A DNA stretch of 64,000 nucleotides from Eledone cirrhosa (taxonomy: Eukaryota): NCBI GenBank assembly GCA_964016885.1, contig OZ024752.1, forward strand, positions 26,660,001 to 26,724,000. The letters are read 5' to 3'. The notes under the pieces are model-generated. The model saw only the letters and a program-made list of their open reading frames with translations. It was not told the origin of the DNA and did not search any database. A program made the position numbers and the translations under genes. Positions 12,374-26,799 of this stretch are shown one piece after another (within the stretch, counting starts at the first letter, position 1; every line of letters starts with the position of its first letter).

Positions 12374-13062
12374 CTTCAGTGCCAATTCAAGAATATCATT
12401 TCTCACTTGCGTGGTTCTATCTTCTTTAAGAAGTTGTTTCAATGTGAGGTAAGCATAGGTCTTTTCAGTAATTTCAGAAAACGACTGAATAGTAGTCAAA
12501 TTAGGATTTTGTTGAAAATGCTCATCGTCTATAATAAGGTTACCCCCATATATTTCCAGTTCCAACATTTCGTTATTCGGGCCAACGTCATCTGTCATTG
12601 ATACATTCACATTCATCGTCGACTGGTTTTGATTCAATAAAGCTCCTGAAACAACTAGTTCAGATCCTTTAAAATAACTACTAAATGATGTAGTACTAGT
12701 ATTAGCAACGTCGTTTAAGTATACAAACGTTATATCTTTTAATAATATTTTAGATATTTCTTTATATAAGTTCTCAATTTGAAGTTTACTATCAGAGTCT
12801 ACATAGATCTTTCTACTAAAACCACCATTTTCATTGGAAATCTCACGCAGAAACTTGCTGTCACACTTTTCTCCGAAACCTAGGGTAAATAGTGAAATAT
12901 CTTCGTTTGCTTCCTTTACATTCCTCATGATATCTTTTGTGATTGTGACTCCCGAAGTTGGCTGTCCATCAGTGAGAAATATGATGATACTTTTCCTTGA
13001 GGTAGATGAAACTGATTTATGCTTCTCTATACTTTGAAGAAGAGCAGAGTTGATATCTGTAC
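12374..13062 (-). CDS. ITIH-like gene exon (second half of vWA domain and downstream region)
   Basis: cag|GT ACA GAT...CTG AAG|gtgag; GTDINSALL, IIIFLTDGQPTSG, LFTLGFG, NENGGFSRKIY, YFKGSELVVSG, EKTYAYLTLKQLL, ILELALK. Confidence 0.92.
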
Positions 13063-13518
13063 CTGAAATGACAGTAAATATTAAATAGATAGATAACAAA
13101 GTGATTGTATACATATGAAATTAACAAATATTTTCAGAAAGAAGCTTAAATACATATTTAAACGTTAAACACTGTAATATTATTTAACACTGGGAGAAGC
13201 TGATCTTAATCTCAAAATGACTAAATATAAAATCATTGTATAACCAGCATTGTTATGTAAGGAAAAACAATAAATAAGTTACAGCAGTGCTTCGTAACAG
13301 CAGCTGTATAAAATGGAACACGGAGAACACATGAAAATAGTGCTCTTAAATGGTAAAACTCTGAATAATGAGAAGTACATTATTAAGAACATAGGACAAA
13401 TAATGCACTCAATAATAAAACTAGTAGAGTTGCCAAAATACTCAGAAAGATAGGTAAACTAGCAATAAGATATAAGAATACAGTATCATACACATTTAAA
13501 GCAACATAATGTACAACC

Positions 13519-14310
13519 CTTCTTCTTCTTCTTCTTCTTCTTCTTTGCGCACTTATTCCTGAGAGGGTCTTGGAGGAAGAATCCTCCAACACTCCTTTCA
13601 ATGGGTCCTGTCGGAAGCAACCACCGCCAACTGATCCAGCTAGATCCCTCAGCGAGACGTGCCAAGCTCATGGATGTTATCCTACGATCTTGATCGGGGG
13701 TCTACCCTTGGCTCGCCTGTCGGGTGGTTTTGCCCGTAAAATCTGTCCAGCGATTCTTTCCTGAAACATTCTAACAATATGCCCATAATATCGGAGCTGG
13801 AATCTCTCAATTCGAAGAAGTAGCGGTTTTACCTGGAGTGACTCTCTGATCTCTGAGCTATGCACTTTATCGAATAACGCTACTCCAAAGACCCTTCGGA
13901 GGAACCCCATTTCAGCCGCTTGTATTCATGATCGTATTCTTTCGGTCATTACTCAAGATTGATAACCACAGTCTGGCACAAATACCGAATTGAAGATAGC
14001 AAGTTTGGCTTTTACACTTATCTTCCTTCTTCTGATTACCGAAGGCTGAAGCTGTCCCATTACTGCACCAGCTCCTGCAATTCTTGCAATTAATTCAGCC
14101 TTCTGCCCTCCATCATTCGTGAACACAGTCCTGAGATACTTGAAGCTTTGCACCTGCTTCAGTGGAACTCCATTAATATGTAGAATGCACTACGCAGGCT
14201 TTTTTGAGAGGACGAGTGTCTCAGATTTCGCAGCACTGATTTTCATTCCTATCATGCAGCACTCGGCATTAAACCTATCAAGTGCAAATCGGAGATCACC
14301 TTCTGTCCCG
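13519..14310 (-). mobile_element. 5'-truncated degenerate RTE-clade LINE with (GAA)n tail
   Basis: FKYL..VFTNDG, KAKLAIFNSVFVP, EMGFLRRVFGV..FDKVHSSEIRESL, QLRYYGHIVRM, GRP; (ttc)n on + at 13519-13545. Confidence 0.85.
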
Positions 14311-14319
14311 TTATTAACA

Positions 14320-14533
14320 CCATGTCGTCTGCAAACTACCTAAAGCCAAAGAAGTCCACAAAACTGACAGGTCCAGGGCCACCTACAGGAGAAACTGAAA
14401 AGCCTTTGTGGATAAGGAAGTCTGGAAGAGGTATGCAGATACTATTGCATCCAGATTCAGAGAACTCCCTTATCAAACTGAGCATGTTGAGACAGTGTGG
14501 AGATTATTTAGCTCAGTAGTTTTTGCTTCTGCT
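14320..14533 (+). mobile_element. Inverted upstream fragment of an RTE ORF joined to the RTE 3' piece
   Basis: The + frame from 14321 reads HVVCKL...R.*KAFVDKEVWKRYADTIASRFRELP..TEHVETVWRLFSS...SA, resembling the linker after the RTE AP-endonuclease. Confidence 0.55.
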
Positions 14534-14817
14534 GTTTAAACGTATAATCCAAACGTATAATTTTAACTTCTGCCATCACAACCACTGATATATATTAATT
14601 TCGAAGAAACAAGATGCCTGAAAAAATGTGTACATCTCTTCCAAATGAGAGCAGCTTATTAAAACAAGATTTTAAGATATATATTCACGAATTCATCTTG
14701 GTAGAATTAAACCTAATCCTTAGTATTTCTTCTTTAATAAATGTAATACAATATAAAAATATTAGGTTACATTCATATAGAGATTTCATACAAATATAAG
14801 AACACTCTTTAACTTAC

Positions 14818-15106
14818 CTCCATTGGCGTGTATTCTTTTAATGTATTCTTTACTCATTTGTTTGTTTACTTCATTGGCTGTTAAAAATTTACCCATCATC
14901 CACGAAACACGAATATTGAATTTTCCAATGAGAAATTTATCAAGTTCTGGATCAAGTTGATCAACGATATTTAGCATAGCTTCTCTCAGCTGAACGATTT
15001 TTCTACCACTCATTGATCCACTAACATCAAGTATAAATATAACATTCTTTGGAAGACTTGGTAATGAATCAGAAGTAAAAAAGTGTACAAAGTACCCATC
15101 AACCGC
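14818..15106 (-). CDS. ITIH-like gene exon (vWA start with MIDAS)
   Basis: tttatag|GCG GTT GAT...GGA G|gtaag; AVDGYFVHFF..LPKNVIFILDVSGSMSGRKIVQLREAM, with DxSxS MIDAS and the GYFVHFF ITIH signature. Confidence 0.93.
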
Positions 15107-15304
15107 CTATAAATGGAGAGGTGAGAAATAGAAAAGTAATAATTATTTGATTTAATAATTCTCATATAATTATTGCAACTAATATTTAGCCAGTGATATT
15201 AAAAGTATACATATAAATCATAACATTCAAACAATATCGCATGCTTAATATATTGCAATTGTACTTCATTTAGTAAGGCTAATGTATTTCTCCAGGTTAA
15301 TACT

Positions 15305-15540
15305 ACTTGAGGAAGGAGCCTCGCGAGATGGAGTGGCTGTCGCAGCGGGTGGCGCTGGCAATTGTCGGCGTAAATGCTTTTGCGATCTTGTCCGTTTGGC
15401 ACAACCTCTTTACCGCTGCGTCCTAGGCCCAGAGTCCAATCATCCTCCCCTCGCCATTCTTCTGTGACACTAGAGTCGTTGCCATTCCCTTCCTTTTCTC
15501 TTTTTTCTCTTTATCTTCCTATTCATCTCAATATAAATTT
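15305..15540 (+). mobile_element. Second CRE-clade 3' fragment
   Basis: EPREMEWLSQRVALAIVGVNAFAILS, homologous to the peptide at 2290-2500. Confidence 0.55.
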
Positions 15541-15727
15541 TCTGTTTTTCTTTTTCTATTGAAATGGTAGTGAAAATACTAGAAGAGAAGATCACTATTT
15601 GTGCAGACTGGAATGTCAACTAATCTTACTGCCTCATCCACAACACACACATTTATGTTGTGCGTTCAAAGTGTAACAGGTTTCAACGTTTACAAGAATT
15701 TAAACTGGTGTGGCGCATATATTATTG

Positions 15728-16090
15728 ACTAGAGGGCCGTCTTCTTCCCCACCCCTCACACGCACGCACACACACGCACGCACAAACGCACACACGCACA
15801 CACTCTTTACTTTATATCTCTCTAAACAAAATGATGTTCCTCTTTTCTCTCTATTTATGTACATCTCTTTCGCACGGCGCCACCCCCTTCTATATAGATG
15901 AGGGTGACGTCATAACTTTCTGTCTATCTACCCCTTTCAGTCACCTCCAAAACACACAGCGTTCCCCTTTCTCTATTTATGTTCATATACCTCGCTTGGT
16001 GCTCACCCTCTCTATATAAAGTGAGCATGACGGACGCAGAGTGTGAGAGACGGACGGGTGGACAGGCAGATATTACTCGTATTATAATAC
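15728..16090 (+). mobile_element. Possible Helentron-associated (HINE/DINE-like) non-autonomous element
   Basis: Starts actag, has internal (CA)n, and ends gacggacg...gacggacgggtggacaggcagatattactcgtattataata; architecture only, no coding evidence. Confidence 0.3.
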
Positions 16091-16091
16091 G

Positions 16092-16945
16092 CGGTGGATT
16101 GGCAGTATCGGTAGAGGGTCGGGCGCCATGCTTTGAAGCATAGAGTTACCTCCCTTTATGATCTGAGTTCAAATCCCGCCGAGGTTAACTTTGCCTTTCA
16201 TCCTTACGGGGTCGATAAAATAAAGTACCAGTAATACAATGAGATAATTGCTGGCCTGGTGCCAAAAGTAGAAACAATTATAATACAGATTTAAAGGTAT
16301 TTTGAGATAAAGCTAAATGTAGTTGACATTCTACCACGATTTCTTTCATAATCACTTCAGAAACTGTCCACGTCGTTTTTCTTCATAACTGATTTGTATG
16401 TTTTAGAGCGTTTATAACAAAGAAATTTGAGCTGGGTACGTGAATTCCTTTTCATCGTGGATTGCCAGTATCGATAGAGAGTCGGACGCCATGCTTTCCA
16501 GCATAGTTACGTCCCTTTACGGTCTGAGTTCAAATCCCGCCGAGGTTCACTTTGCCTTTCATCCTTACGGGGACCGATAAAATAAAGTACCAGTCACGCA
16601 CTGGGGTCGATTTAATCGACTTCCCGCCGCCAAAAAAATTGTTGGCCTTGTGCCTATATAAGAAACCATTATTGATGTGTATGTTGAAAGTGGTGGATTG
16701 GCAGTATCGGTAGAGCGTCGGATAAAATGCTTTGCAGCATAGAGTTACGACCCTTTATATTCTGAGTTCAAATCCCGCCGAGGTTAACTTTACCTTTCAT
16801 CCTTACGGTGGGGGGGGGGGGGTCGATAAAATACAGTACCAGTAATACACTAGGGTCAATTTCATTGACTTTTCTCTCTACCCCAAATTGCCGGCCTTTA
16901 TCAGGGCGTTGGATTGGCAGTATTCGTAGAGCGTCGGACAACATG
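16092..16945 (+). mobile_element. Cluster of three head-to-tail SINE family A copies (16092-16281, 16458-16672, 16690-16900) plus a partial head
   Basis: gtggattggcagtatcggtagag...ctgagttcaaatcccgccgagg...cctttcatccttacgg repeated three times. Confidence 0.85.
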
Positions 16946-17133
16946 TCGTGTAGCATAGTGTTACGTAGAGTTACGCGCGCGTGCCCCCTTTTGTTCATAA
17001 TGGTGAGAAATGGTGTGTGCTGGAGGGACGGTGGAAGTGACAGTGGTAGTTTGGTTCCTTTGTATTTGGACCTGGTAAATATGTACATAGCAGAAACATA
17101 GAGAGAAAATATTTATATAAAAGTATATCTTAC

Positions 17134-17294
17134 ATATACTAAATTTGAATTGTTTTTACGGTCAACATCATATTCCACTTTTAGCAAGCCTACAACACCA
17201 TCCTTTGAAATGTTTGCTTGTTGCTTACGACTAGGGTTGTATTTGATGTAGACATCTTTGCTACTGGTGTACTCAATAAAAGCAGAATCTAACT
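17134..17294 (-). CDS. ITIH-like gene exon (VIT-vWA linker)
   Basis: tttatttttcag|AG TTA GAT...GTA TAT|gtaag; YIKYNPSRKQQ...GVVGLLKVEYDVDR resembles the ITIH P...QQ...G.F.V.YDV.R motif; phase 0 end fits the next exon. Confidence 0.85.
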
Positions 17295-17311
17295 CTGAAA
17301 AATAAACAATA

Positions 17312-17351
<40 letters not shown>

Positions 17352-18096
17352 GGGGTAACAAATAATTGTTATATGCAGTCCACTTAGGTGTAGTCCAGTT
17401 ATGGTACTCCGGGTACTGGATGATATCAACGCTTGGCTAAGTTTGACTCAACAAGGCGTTTCCATAGTGATGCTGCGAGTACGCTGTAATTCCTATGTTG
17501 TAAACACTTGGAGTAATAATAAATCAGCAAAGAAGAGTGACACAGTTTGCTATACAAAAAAGGTTTTTAATCTCATTGCTGACAATTGTTTCTCTGAACT
17601 GATAGATCGTTATCCGATTATTTACACGTTACTCGATCACCAATACAAAGTTATAACCAGTCAGTTCATCGGAGCTTGCGAGAATGAGGAGAATATACAG
17701 AATATACAGAATATACAGAATATACAGGCATGAAAAGAATATACAGGCTACCATATGTAGTAGTAATGGCATTCAGTTAGAACAATAACAACAATATCAA
17801 CAATGTTAGCAATAAATTATTTGAAATAATCACAACATCAATCTAGGTGGGAAGTATAGTAATGAATTTAGCGTGTAAAACTAGCTGACATGAGGCAGAT
17901 GTATAAAATTGACATGTAAAAACTGTCGTAGGGTGTATTATATCAATTGTAAAGATAAGCTGGTGTTTTTAAACAATGTAGGTCAGGTGGCCGAAATAGT
18001 CGGTTTTTATCTGACCGATAAAGTATTTATCACTGTAGTGGAATTTGTGTAGTCTATATTAGATGAGATAGCCACAGACCCTCCATCTCAACTCTA

Positions 18097-18132
18097 CTTC
18101 TGAAAAGCAGAAGAACTGCGAAACCGGTAAAG
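18097..18132 (+). ncRNA. Hammerhead-like motif, non-canonical core (CUGAAAA)
   Basis: ctt CTGAAAA gcag-aagaa-ctgc GAAA c-cg-g TA aag; palindromic stem III accggt. Confidence 0.45.
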
Positions 18133-18287
18133 GAACCAGTTAAATATATATATTTTTTTTAAATAAGACTCCAGTCGCATTTTCGATTTCATCTTTTTTT
18201 CTTTATACTTTCACTAGTGTAGGACACCTCGGTTAATTTTCAATTTGTAAAAAAACCCTCACTTTATGATATATATATATATATATA

Positions 18288-18908
18288 GTGTCTGTAGTTC
18301 TGTTTACCTGCCAACAGAAGAGCAAGAATGAAGGGTTCATTCTACTGACATGGCTTAAAAATTGAGGATTGTTTGCATAATTGCAAACGAATCGAATGTT
18401 GTTATTAATATTCGAAAAACTCAGATTACAGTTAATATATTCAGCCATGTAGAGCGACATTTTCCTTTTTTTATTTGAATTTGGCAAAGCCGGCCATTTA
18501 TCGTTCGTATACTGACCGGCCAGTTCACTGATATGCAAATCTAGCTGATCAGTGGATCTGTTAATATGCAGATCTGTCTGATCAGCCGGTCTGCTAATAT
18601 GCTAATCAGGCCGATCAGTCATTGTATATGTGAGAAAATAGCATATATTTTCACTAGCTCTGACAGTTAGCAGGTGAACCGTGAGCTGTACTGATGGAGG
18701 GTGATACCCAGAAACATTAGTGTCTGCAGTTCTGTTCCCATGCCAACACAAGAGGAAGAATGAAGGGTTCATTCTACTGACATGGCTATAAAAAAATTGA
18801 GGCTTGTTTGCATAATTGCAAACGAATCGAATGTTATTATTAATATTCGAAAAACTCAGATTACATTTATTGTATTCAGACATGTAGAGCGAACATTTTC
18901 TTTTTTAT
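18288..18908. repeat. ~190-bp direct repeats (18288-18475, 18719-18908) around a unique spacer
   Basis: gtgtctg.agttctgtt...gaatgaagggttcattctactgacatggct...catgtagagcga occurs twice, about 431 bp apart. Confidence 0.8.
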
Positions 18909-19026
18909 TTGTATATATATATAGGTATATATAAATATATATAAATATATATATATATATATACAAATATATATATATAGGTATAAATATATCTAAATAT
19001 ATATATATATATATATATAGGTATAA

Positions 19027-19120
<94 letters not shown>

Positions 19121-19121
19121 G

Positions 19122-19167
<46 letters not shown>

Positions 19168-19168
19168 C

Positions 19169-19235
<67 letters not shown>

Positions 19236-19241
19236 CATATG

Positions 19242-19327
<86 letters not shown>

Positions 19328-19342
19328 CATATATATATATAC

Positions 19343-19509
<167 letters not shown>

Positions 19510-19514
19510 CATAC

Positions 19515-19577
<63 letters not shown>

Positions 19578-19623
19578 TCGTTTCTGAATTTGTTTAGCAA
19601 CATGACCCTCCCAAAGTATAACA

Positions 19624-19719
<96 letters not shown>

Positions 19720-19835
19720 GTACATACATATATATATATAAATATACATATATAAATATAAATATACATATATAAATATACATATATATATATAAATATA
19801 CATATATAAATATAAATATACATATATAAATATAC

Positions 19836-19867
<32 letters not shown>

Positions 19868-19983
19868 GTACATACATATATATATATAAATATACATATA
19901 TAAATATAAATATACATATATAAATATACATATATATATATAAATATACATATATAAATATAAATATACATATATAAATATAC

Positions 19984-20038
<55 letters not shown>

Positions 20039-20077
20039 CATACATATATATATATAAATATACATATATAAATATAC

Positions 20078-20130
<53 letters not shown>

Positions 20131-20265
20131 CATACATATATATATATAAATATACATATATATATATATATACATACATATATATATATAAATATACATA
20201 TATATATATATATACATACATATATATATAAATATACATATATATATATACATATATATATATAC

Positions 20266-20402
<137 letters not shown>

Positions 20403-20409
20403 CATATAT

Positions 20410-20454
<45 letters not shown>

Positions 20455-20489
20455 TATATACATATATATATATATACATAAATATATAC

Positions 20490-20540
<51 letters not shown>

Positions 20541-20652
20541 TATAAATATATATATAGGTATAAATATATATATATGTATATACGTATAAATATATATATA
20601 TATATAGGTATAAATATATATAAATATAAATATCGTTTCATTTTTTTCCGTT

Positions 20653-20694
<42 letters not shown>

Positions 20695-20699
20695 TATAA

Positions 20700-20732
<33 letters not shown>

Positions 20733-20790
20733 GGTATATATATATAAATATATATATAGGTATAAATATATATAAATATATATATATAGG

Positions 20791-20822
<32 letters not shown>

Positions 20823-20824
20823 GG

Positions 20825-20861
<37 letters not shown>

Positions 20862-20908
20862 ATATATATATAGGTACAAATATATATAAATATATATATA
20901 GGTATAAA

Positions 20909-20998
<90 letters not shown>

Positions 20999-21034
20999 GG
21001 TATAAATATATATAAATATATATATAGGTATAAA

Positions 21035-21113
<79 letters not shown>

Positions 21114-21163
21114 TATAAATATATATAAATATATATGTAGATATATATATAAATATATATATG

Positions 21164-21210
<47 letters not shown>

Positions 21211-21229
21211 GTATATATATATATATGTA

Positions 21230-23210
21230 TAAACATAACCTCCAAAACAACATAATGTCCCTCATCAACAATCAGAGAAGAGCTGAAGAGGCCTGGGCCA
21301 TTGAGAAGATCAAACTCAATCCCAAAGTGTTCTTTTCATTTGCAAAAAAACACAAAATCACTGGCTCTACTGTTGGCCCTCTAATTGATGAAAATGGCAC
21401 TCTTCAAGACAATGCTAAAACCATGGGTGAGATACTGCAGAAACAATACTGCTCTGTTTTCAGCAATCCTGATATGGCCGATCTGGGCTGTATCGGCGAT
21501 GTTACTCCCCATTACACCTTATCGGACATAACGTTTGGCGCCCCTGATGTCTTGGCGGCAATAAAGGAAATCAAGCATAATTCAGCAGTAGGTCCCGATA
21601 GGTTCCCTGCTTGTGTCTTGAAGGCGTGTCAACACCAACTTGCTTCTCCTCTTGCCAATCTGTGGCGGAACTCACTGGATGCTGGATATGTGCCAGAAAA
21701 CCTTCTATCCCAGTCTGTTGTCCCAGTTTTCAAAAAGGGAAACAAATCACTTGCCGTGAATTACCGTCCAATCTCACTCACCTCTCATATCATTAAGGTA
21801 TTTGAGCGAGTGGTGAGATCGCGAATGACCCACTTCCTTGAGAGTAACAATATGCTGAACTCCAACCAGCATGGATTCCGTAATGGAAGGGATTGCCTGA
21901 CGCAACTACTGCATCACTTTGATGACATTTTGAGAGCCTTGGGAGAGGGTTCCAACACTGATGTTATCTACCTTGATTTCAGCAAGGCCTTTGACAGGGT
22001 TGATCATAACATTCTACTGAGAAAGCTGTCCAATATTGGTGTCACTGGAAAGCTGCTGCAGTGGATCAAGAGCTTCCTGTCAAACAGAACCCAACATGTT
22101 GTAGTTGAGGGAGTCAAATCAAGCCCAGCCAAAGTCAGTAGTGGAGTCCCACAAGGCACTGTGTTGGGCCCACTTCTCTTCATCATCTATATTAATGACA
22201 TCACTGACATCATCAAACACAGCAACATTAAAATTTTCGCTGATGATTCCAAGCTCCAAAAGGTCATCAATGGCGTGGATGACCGGATAAGCCTTCAGTC
22301 AGACCTACTGGCTGTTACCCAATGGGCAGAAAAGAACAACATGTTACTGAACGAAGACAAATTCGAACTGATCCACTTTGGAAAAGAGGATGCTCTGAAA
22401 CTCCCGTACTCCCTTCCCTCCGGGGAAACTCTCGTGGCATCTAACAACATCAGAGACTTGGGAGTAACCGTGGACAGCAACATAAGCTGGACCACGCATA
22501 TAAGCAGCAAAGTTGACATGGCCCGCAGAATGTGTTCCTGGATCCTCAGAACCTTCCAGTCGAGAGATTCCCGCACCATTATCCTTCTCTTCTCTACTTT
22601 CGCCCGACCACACCTTGAATACTGTTGTCCGCTGTGGTCTCCCCACACGAAACAAAGTATCATGAAACTTGAAGCTCCTCAAAGGGCAATCACGAAAAAG
22701 ATAGATGGCATGTCAGACCTTGACTACTGGGGTCGATTGGAAAACCTGAAACTTTACTCACTCCAACGTCGCCGTGAGCGTTATATTATCTGCATGATGT
22801 GGAAAATGTTCCATCATCACTGCCCAAATGATGTTGGCATCGCCTTCAAGATACACCCAAGACTTGGGCCCCGTGCTATCCGTCCCATTCAAAAATCTAA
22901 ATCGCAACTCATAACAACAATACGGCACAATTATTTCACCTCAATCGGCCCTGCTCTCTTCAACATCACACCAGGACACGTCAAAACAGAAACTGACCAC
23001 TCAAAATTCAAGAAGTCTTTGGACAAATTCCTCCAAGTAATCCCGGACAAACCACCCACACCCGGATATGTCTCCGCAAACAGTAATTCTCTTCTCGAAT
23101 GGGCCATGGTGCCCAAATCCTGAATTGAAAGACTTCGCTAGGTGGTGCTATTAAGTTAGACATGGCCTGGGCCAATACTGGCCAAAACATTTCAAAGTTA
23201 TTCAAAGTTA
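21230..23210 (+). mobile_element. 5'-truncated CR1-clade LINE with uninterrupted RT ORF to the stop (23123)
   Basis: NYRPISLTS, NQHGFR, YLDFSKAFDRVDH, SGVPQGTVLGPLLF, FADD, RPHLEYC..LWSPH; 3' tail (ttcaaagtta)2; inserted in (TA)n. Confidence 0.95.
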
Positions 23211-23214
23211 TATG

Positions 23215-23245
<31 letters not shown>

Positions 23246-23330
23246 GTACGTATATATATATATATGTATATATGTATACATATATGTATATATATATATG
23301 TATATATATATATATGTATATATATATATG

Positions 23331-23361
<31 letters not shown>

Positions 23362-23411
23362 GTATATATATATATGTATATATATGTATATATATATACA
23401 TATATATATAC

Positions 23412-23466
<55 letters not shown>

Positions 23467-23589
23467 CATATATATACATATATATATATACATATATATA
23501 CATATATATATATATACATATATACATATATACATATATATTCATATATATTTATATATAAATATATATATATATATATATAGGTATAA

Positions 23590-23644
<55 letters not shown>

Positions 23645-23848
23645 GGTATAAATATATATAAATATATATATATGTCATAATAGTTCCTTTGTTCTTTTTC
23701 ACTAATACCGACAACTAATATAAAAGAGCTCCCTTAGAATATAGACCCCAACTATACAAGCGGTGCTGCTGATGTATACCACAATTTCAAACTGCTAGCC
23801 TTGAGTGATACGTTGATGTAAATAATGATCTTACAATCACATGTTATA

Positions 23849-23895
23849 TGCCTTGAAAAGTCCCACCATGTGGTCGGAAGAAACGGCTGTCGGCA
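23849..23895 (+). ncRNA. Type I hammerhead motif with U3-A8 compensatory core
   Basis: tgcc TTGAAAA g tcccacca-tg-tggtcgga a GAAA c-ggct-g TC ggca, overlapping aataaa; lies between 35-bp direct repeats (23673-23707, 23911-23945). Confidence 0.55.
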
Positions 23896-24425
23896 ATAAA
23901 CTTGTTATAATGTCAAAATAGTTCCTTTGTTCTTTTTCACTAATATTTCTGCTCTGCGGATACGCATAGAGCTTAACTAGCTACCGTCACATATTTGGTA
24001 AGTCAGGCGTGATCATCGCGATTCACATACGACCTACCATACATCTTACTTAAATATATATATATATAGGTATAAATATATATAAATATATATATATATA
24101 GGTATAAATATATATATAGGTATAAATATATATAAATATATATATATAGGTATAAATATATATAAATATATATATATATATATAGGTATAAATATATATA
24201 TATATATAGGTATAAATTTGTATATAAATAAATATAAATATATATGTATAAATATATATAAATATATATATATAGGTATAAATATATATATATATAGGTA
24301 TAAATTTGTATATAAATATATATAAATATATATGTATAAATATATATAAATATATATATATAGGTATAAATATATATATATATAGGTATACATATATATA
24401 AATATATATATATAGGTATAAATAT

Positions 24426-24483
<58 letters not shown>

Positions 24484-24484
24484 G

Positions 24485-24533
<49 letters not shown>

Positions 24534-24535
24534 GG

Positions 24536-24618
<83 letters not shown>

Positions 24619-24625
24619 GGTATAG

Positions 24626-24668
<43 letters not shown>

Positions 24669-24709
24669 TATAAAAAAATATATATATATATATATATATA
24701 GTTATAAAA

Positions 24710-24792
<83 letters not shown>

Positions 24793-24866
24793 AATATATA
24801 TATAGGTATAAATATATATATATATATATATATAAGATCAAAAGATGGTTAAAGGAGTTCCATGTA

Positions 24867-24933
24867 TTTTATTATGCGCATTTCAAAAACAAACTTCATC
24901 ATGCAATAATATTTGTGTTTTCATCAGATAAAA
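24867..24933 (-). ncRNA. Minimal type I hammerhead ribozyme motif
   Basis: ttttat CTGATGA aaacacaaat...gtttgttttt GAAA tgcgca TA ataaaa; palindromic stem III atgcgcat. Second copy at 47830-47896. Confidence 0.65.
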
Positions 24934-25075
24934 CAGGAGGACATTATATGAAGGCTAAAAAACACTTGTGGATAGTGCAGTTTTAAATCAACATATATAT
25001 ATATATATAGGTATAAATATATATAAATATATATGTATATATATATATATATAAATATATATGTATATATATATG

Positions 25076-25194
<119 letters not shown>

Positions 25195-25261
25195 GTATAT
25201 ATATATATGTATATGTATATGTATATATATATATGTATAGATATATATATATATGTATATG

Positions 25262-25308
<47 letters not shown>

Positions 25309-25309
25309 G

Positions 25310-25341
<32 letters not shown>

Positions 25342-25365
25342 TAGATATATATGTATATATATATG

Positions 25366-25434
<69 letters not shown>

Positions 25435-25445
25435 GTATATGTATA

Positions 25446-25488
<43 letters not shown>

Positions 25489-25505
25489 GTATATGTATAT
25501 ATATG

Positions 25506-25536
<31 letters not shown>

Positions 25537-25769
25537 GTATATATATGTATATATATATACATATATATATACACATATATATATGTATATATATATATAT
25601 GTATATATATGTATACATATATATACATATATATATACATATATATATATACATATATGTATATATATATATACATATATATATATACATATATATATAT
25701 ACATATATATATATAAATATATATATACATATATATATATGTACATATACATATATATTCATATATATT

Positions 25770-25801
<32 letters not shown>

Positions 25802-25807
25802 CATATA

Positions 25808-25849
<42 letters not shown>

Positions 25850-25862
25850 TATATAAATATAC

Positions 25863-25914
<52 letters not shown>

Positions 25915-26053
25915 ATATATACATATATATATACATATATATATATATACATATATATATAGATATATATACGTATATATATACATATATATATATGTAT
26001 ATATATACATATATATATAGCTATAAATATATATAAATATATATATATATAGG

Positions 26054-26104
<51 letters not shown>

Positions 26105-26296
26105 GTATAAATATATATAAATATATATATATAGGTATAAATATATATATATATATATATAGGTATAAATTTGTATATAAATATATATTTATAGGCATAA
26201 ATATATATAAATATATATATATAGGTATAAATATATATAAATATATATATATAGGTATATATATATATATATATATATAGGTATAAATATATATAT

Positions 26297-26349
<53 letters not shown>

Positions 26350-26404
26350 ATAAATATATATCAATATATATATATATAGGTATAAATATATATATATAGG
26401 TATA

Positions 26405-26436
<32 letters not shown>

Positions 26437-26462
26437 GGTATAAATATATATATATAGGTATA

Positions 26463-26494
<32 letters not shown>

Positions 26495-26526
26495 GGTATA
26501 AATATATATAAATATATATATATAGG

Positions 26527-26577
<51 letters not shown>

Positions 26578-26754
26578 AAATATATGTATATATTGTTATA
26601 CTTTGGGAGGGTCATGTTGCCAATAAGAAACACACGCACTAGTTGTTTCACTTCAATTTATTATATATTTATAAATTTATAAATTTACAAATCTACAAAC
26701 TTATAAATTTCTGGTTGGTTGGTTGGTTCCACAACCAGATAGTTGTTTATATAT

Positions 26755-26799
26755 AGTCATAGTCCTTTCGTCACACACTCTGTGACCTCTTCAGTGACT
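26755..26799 (-). ncRNA. Minimal hammerhead in Penelope 3' region (left arm)
   Basis: Reverse complement of the 28403-28447 motif. Confidence 0.75.

Noticed and set aside
16092-16945. Regularly repeated units resembling a CRISPR-like array
   Set aside because: They are tandem SINE copies in a eukaryotic intron, with no repeat-spacer structure or cas genes.
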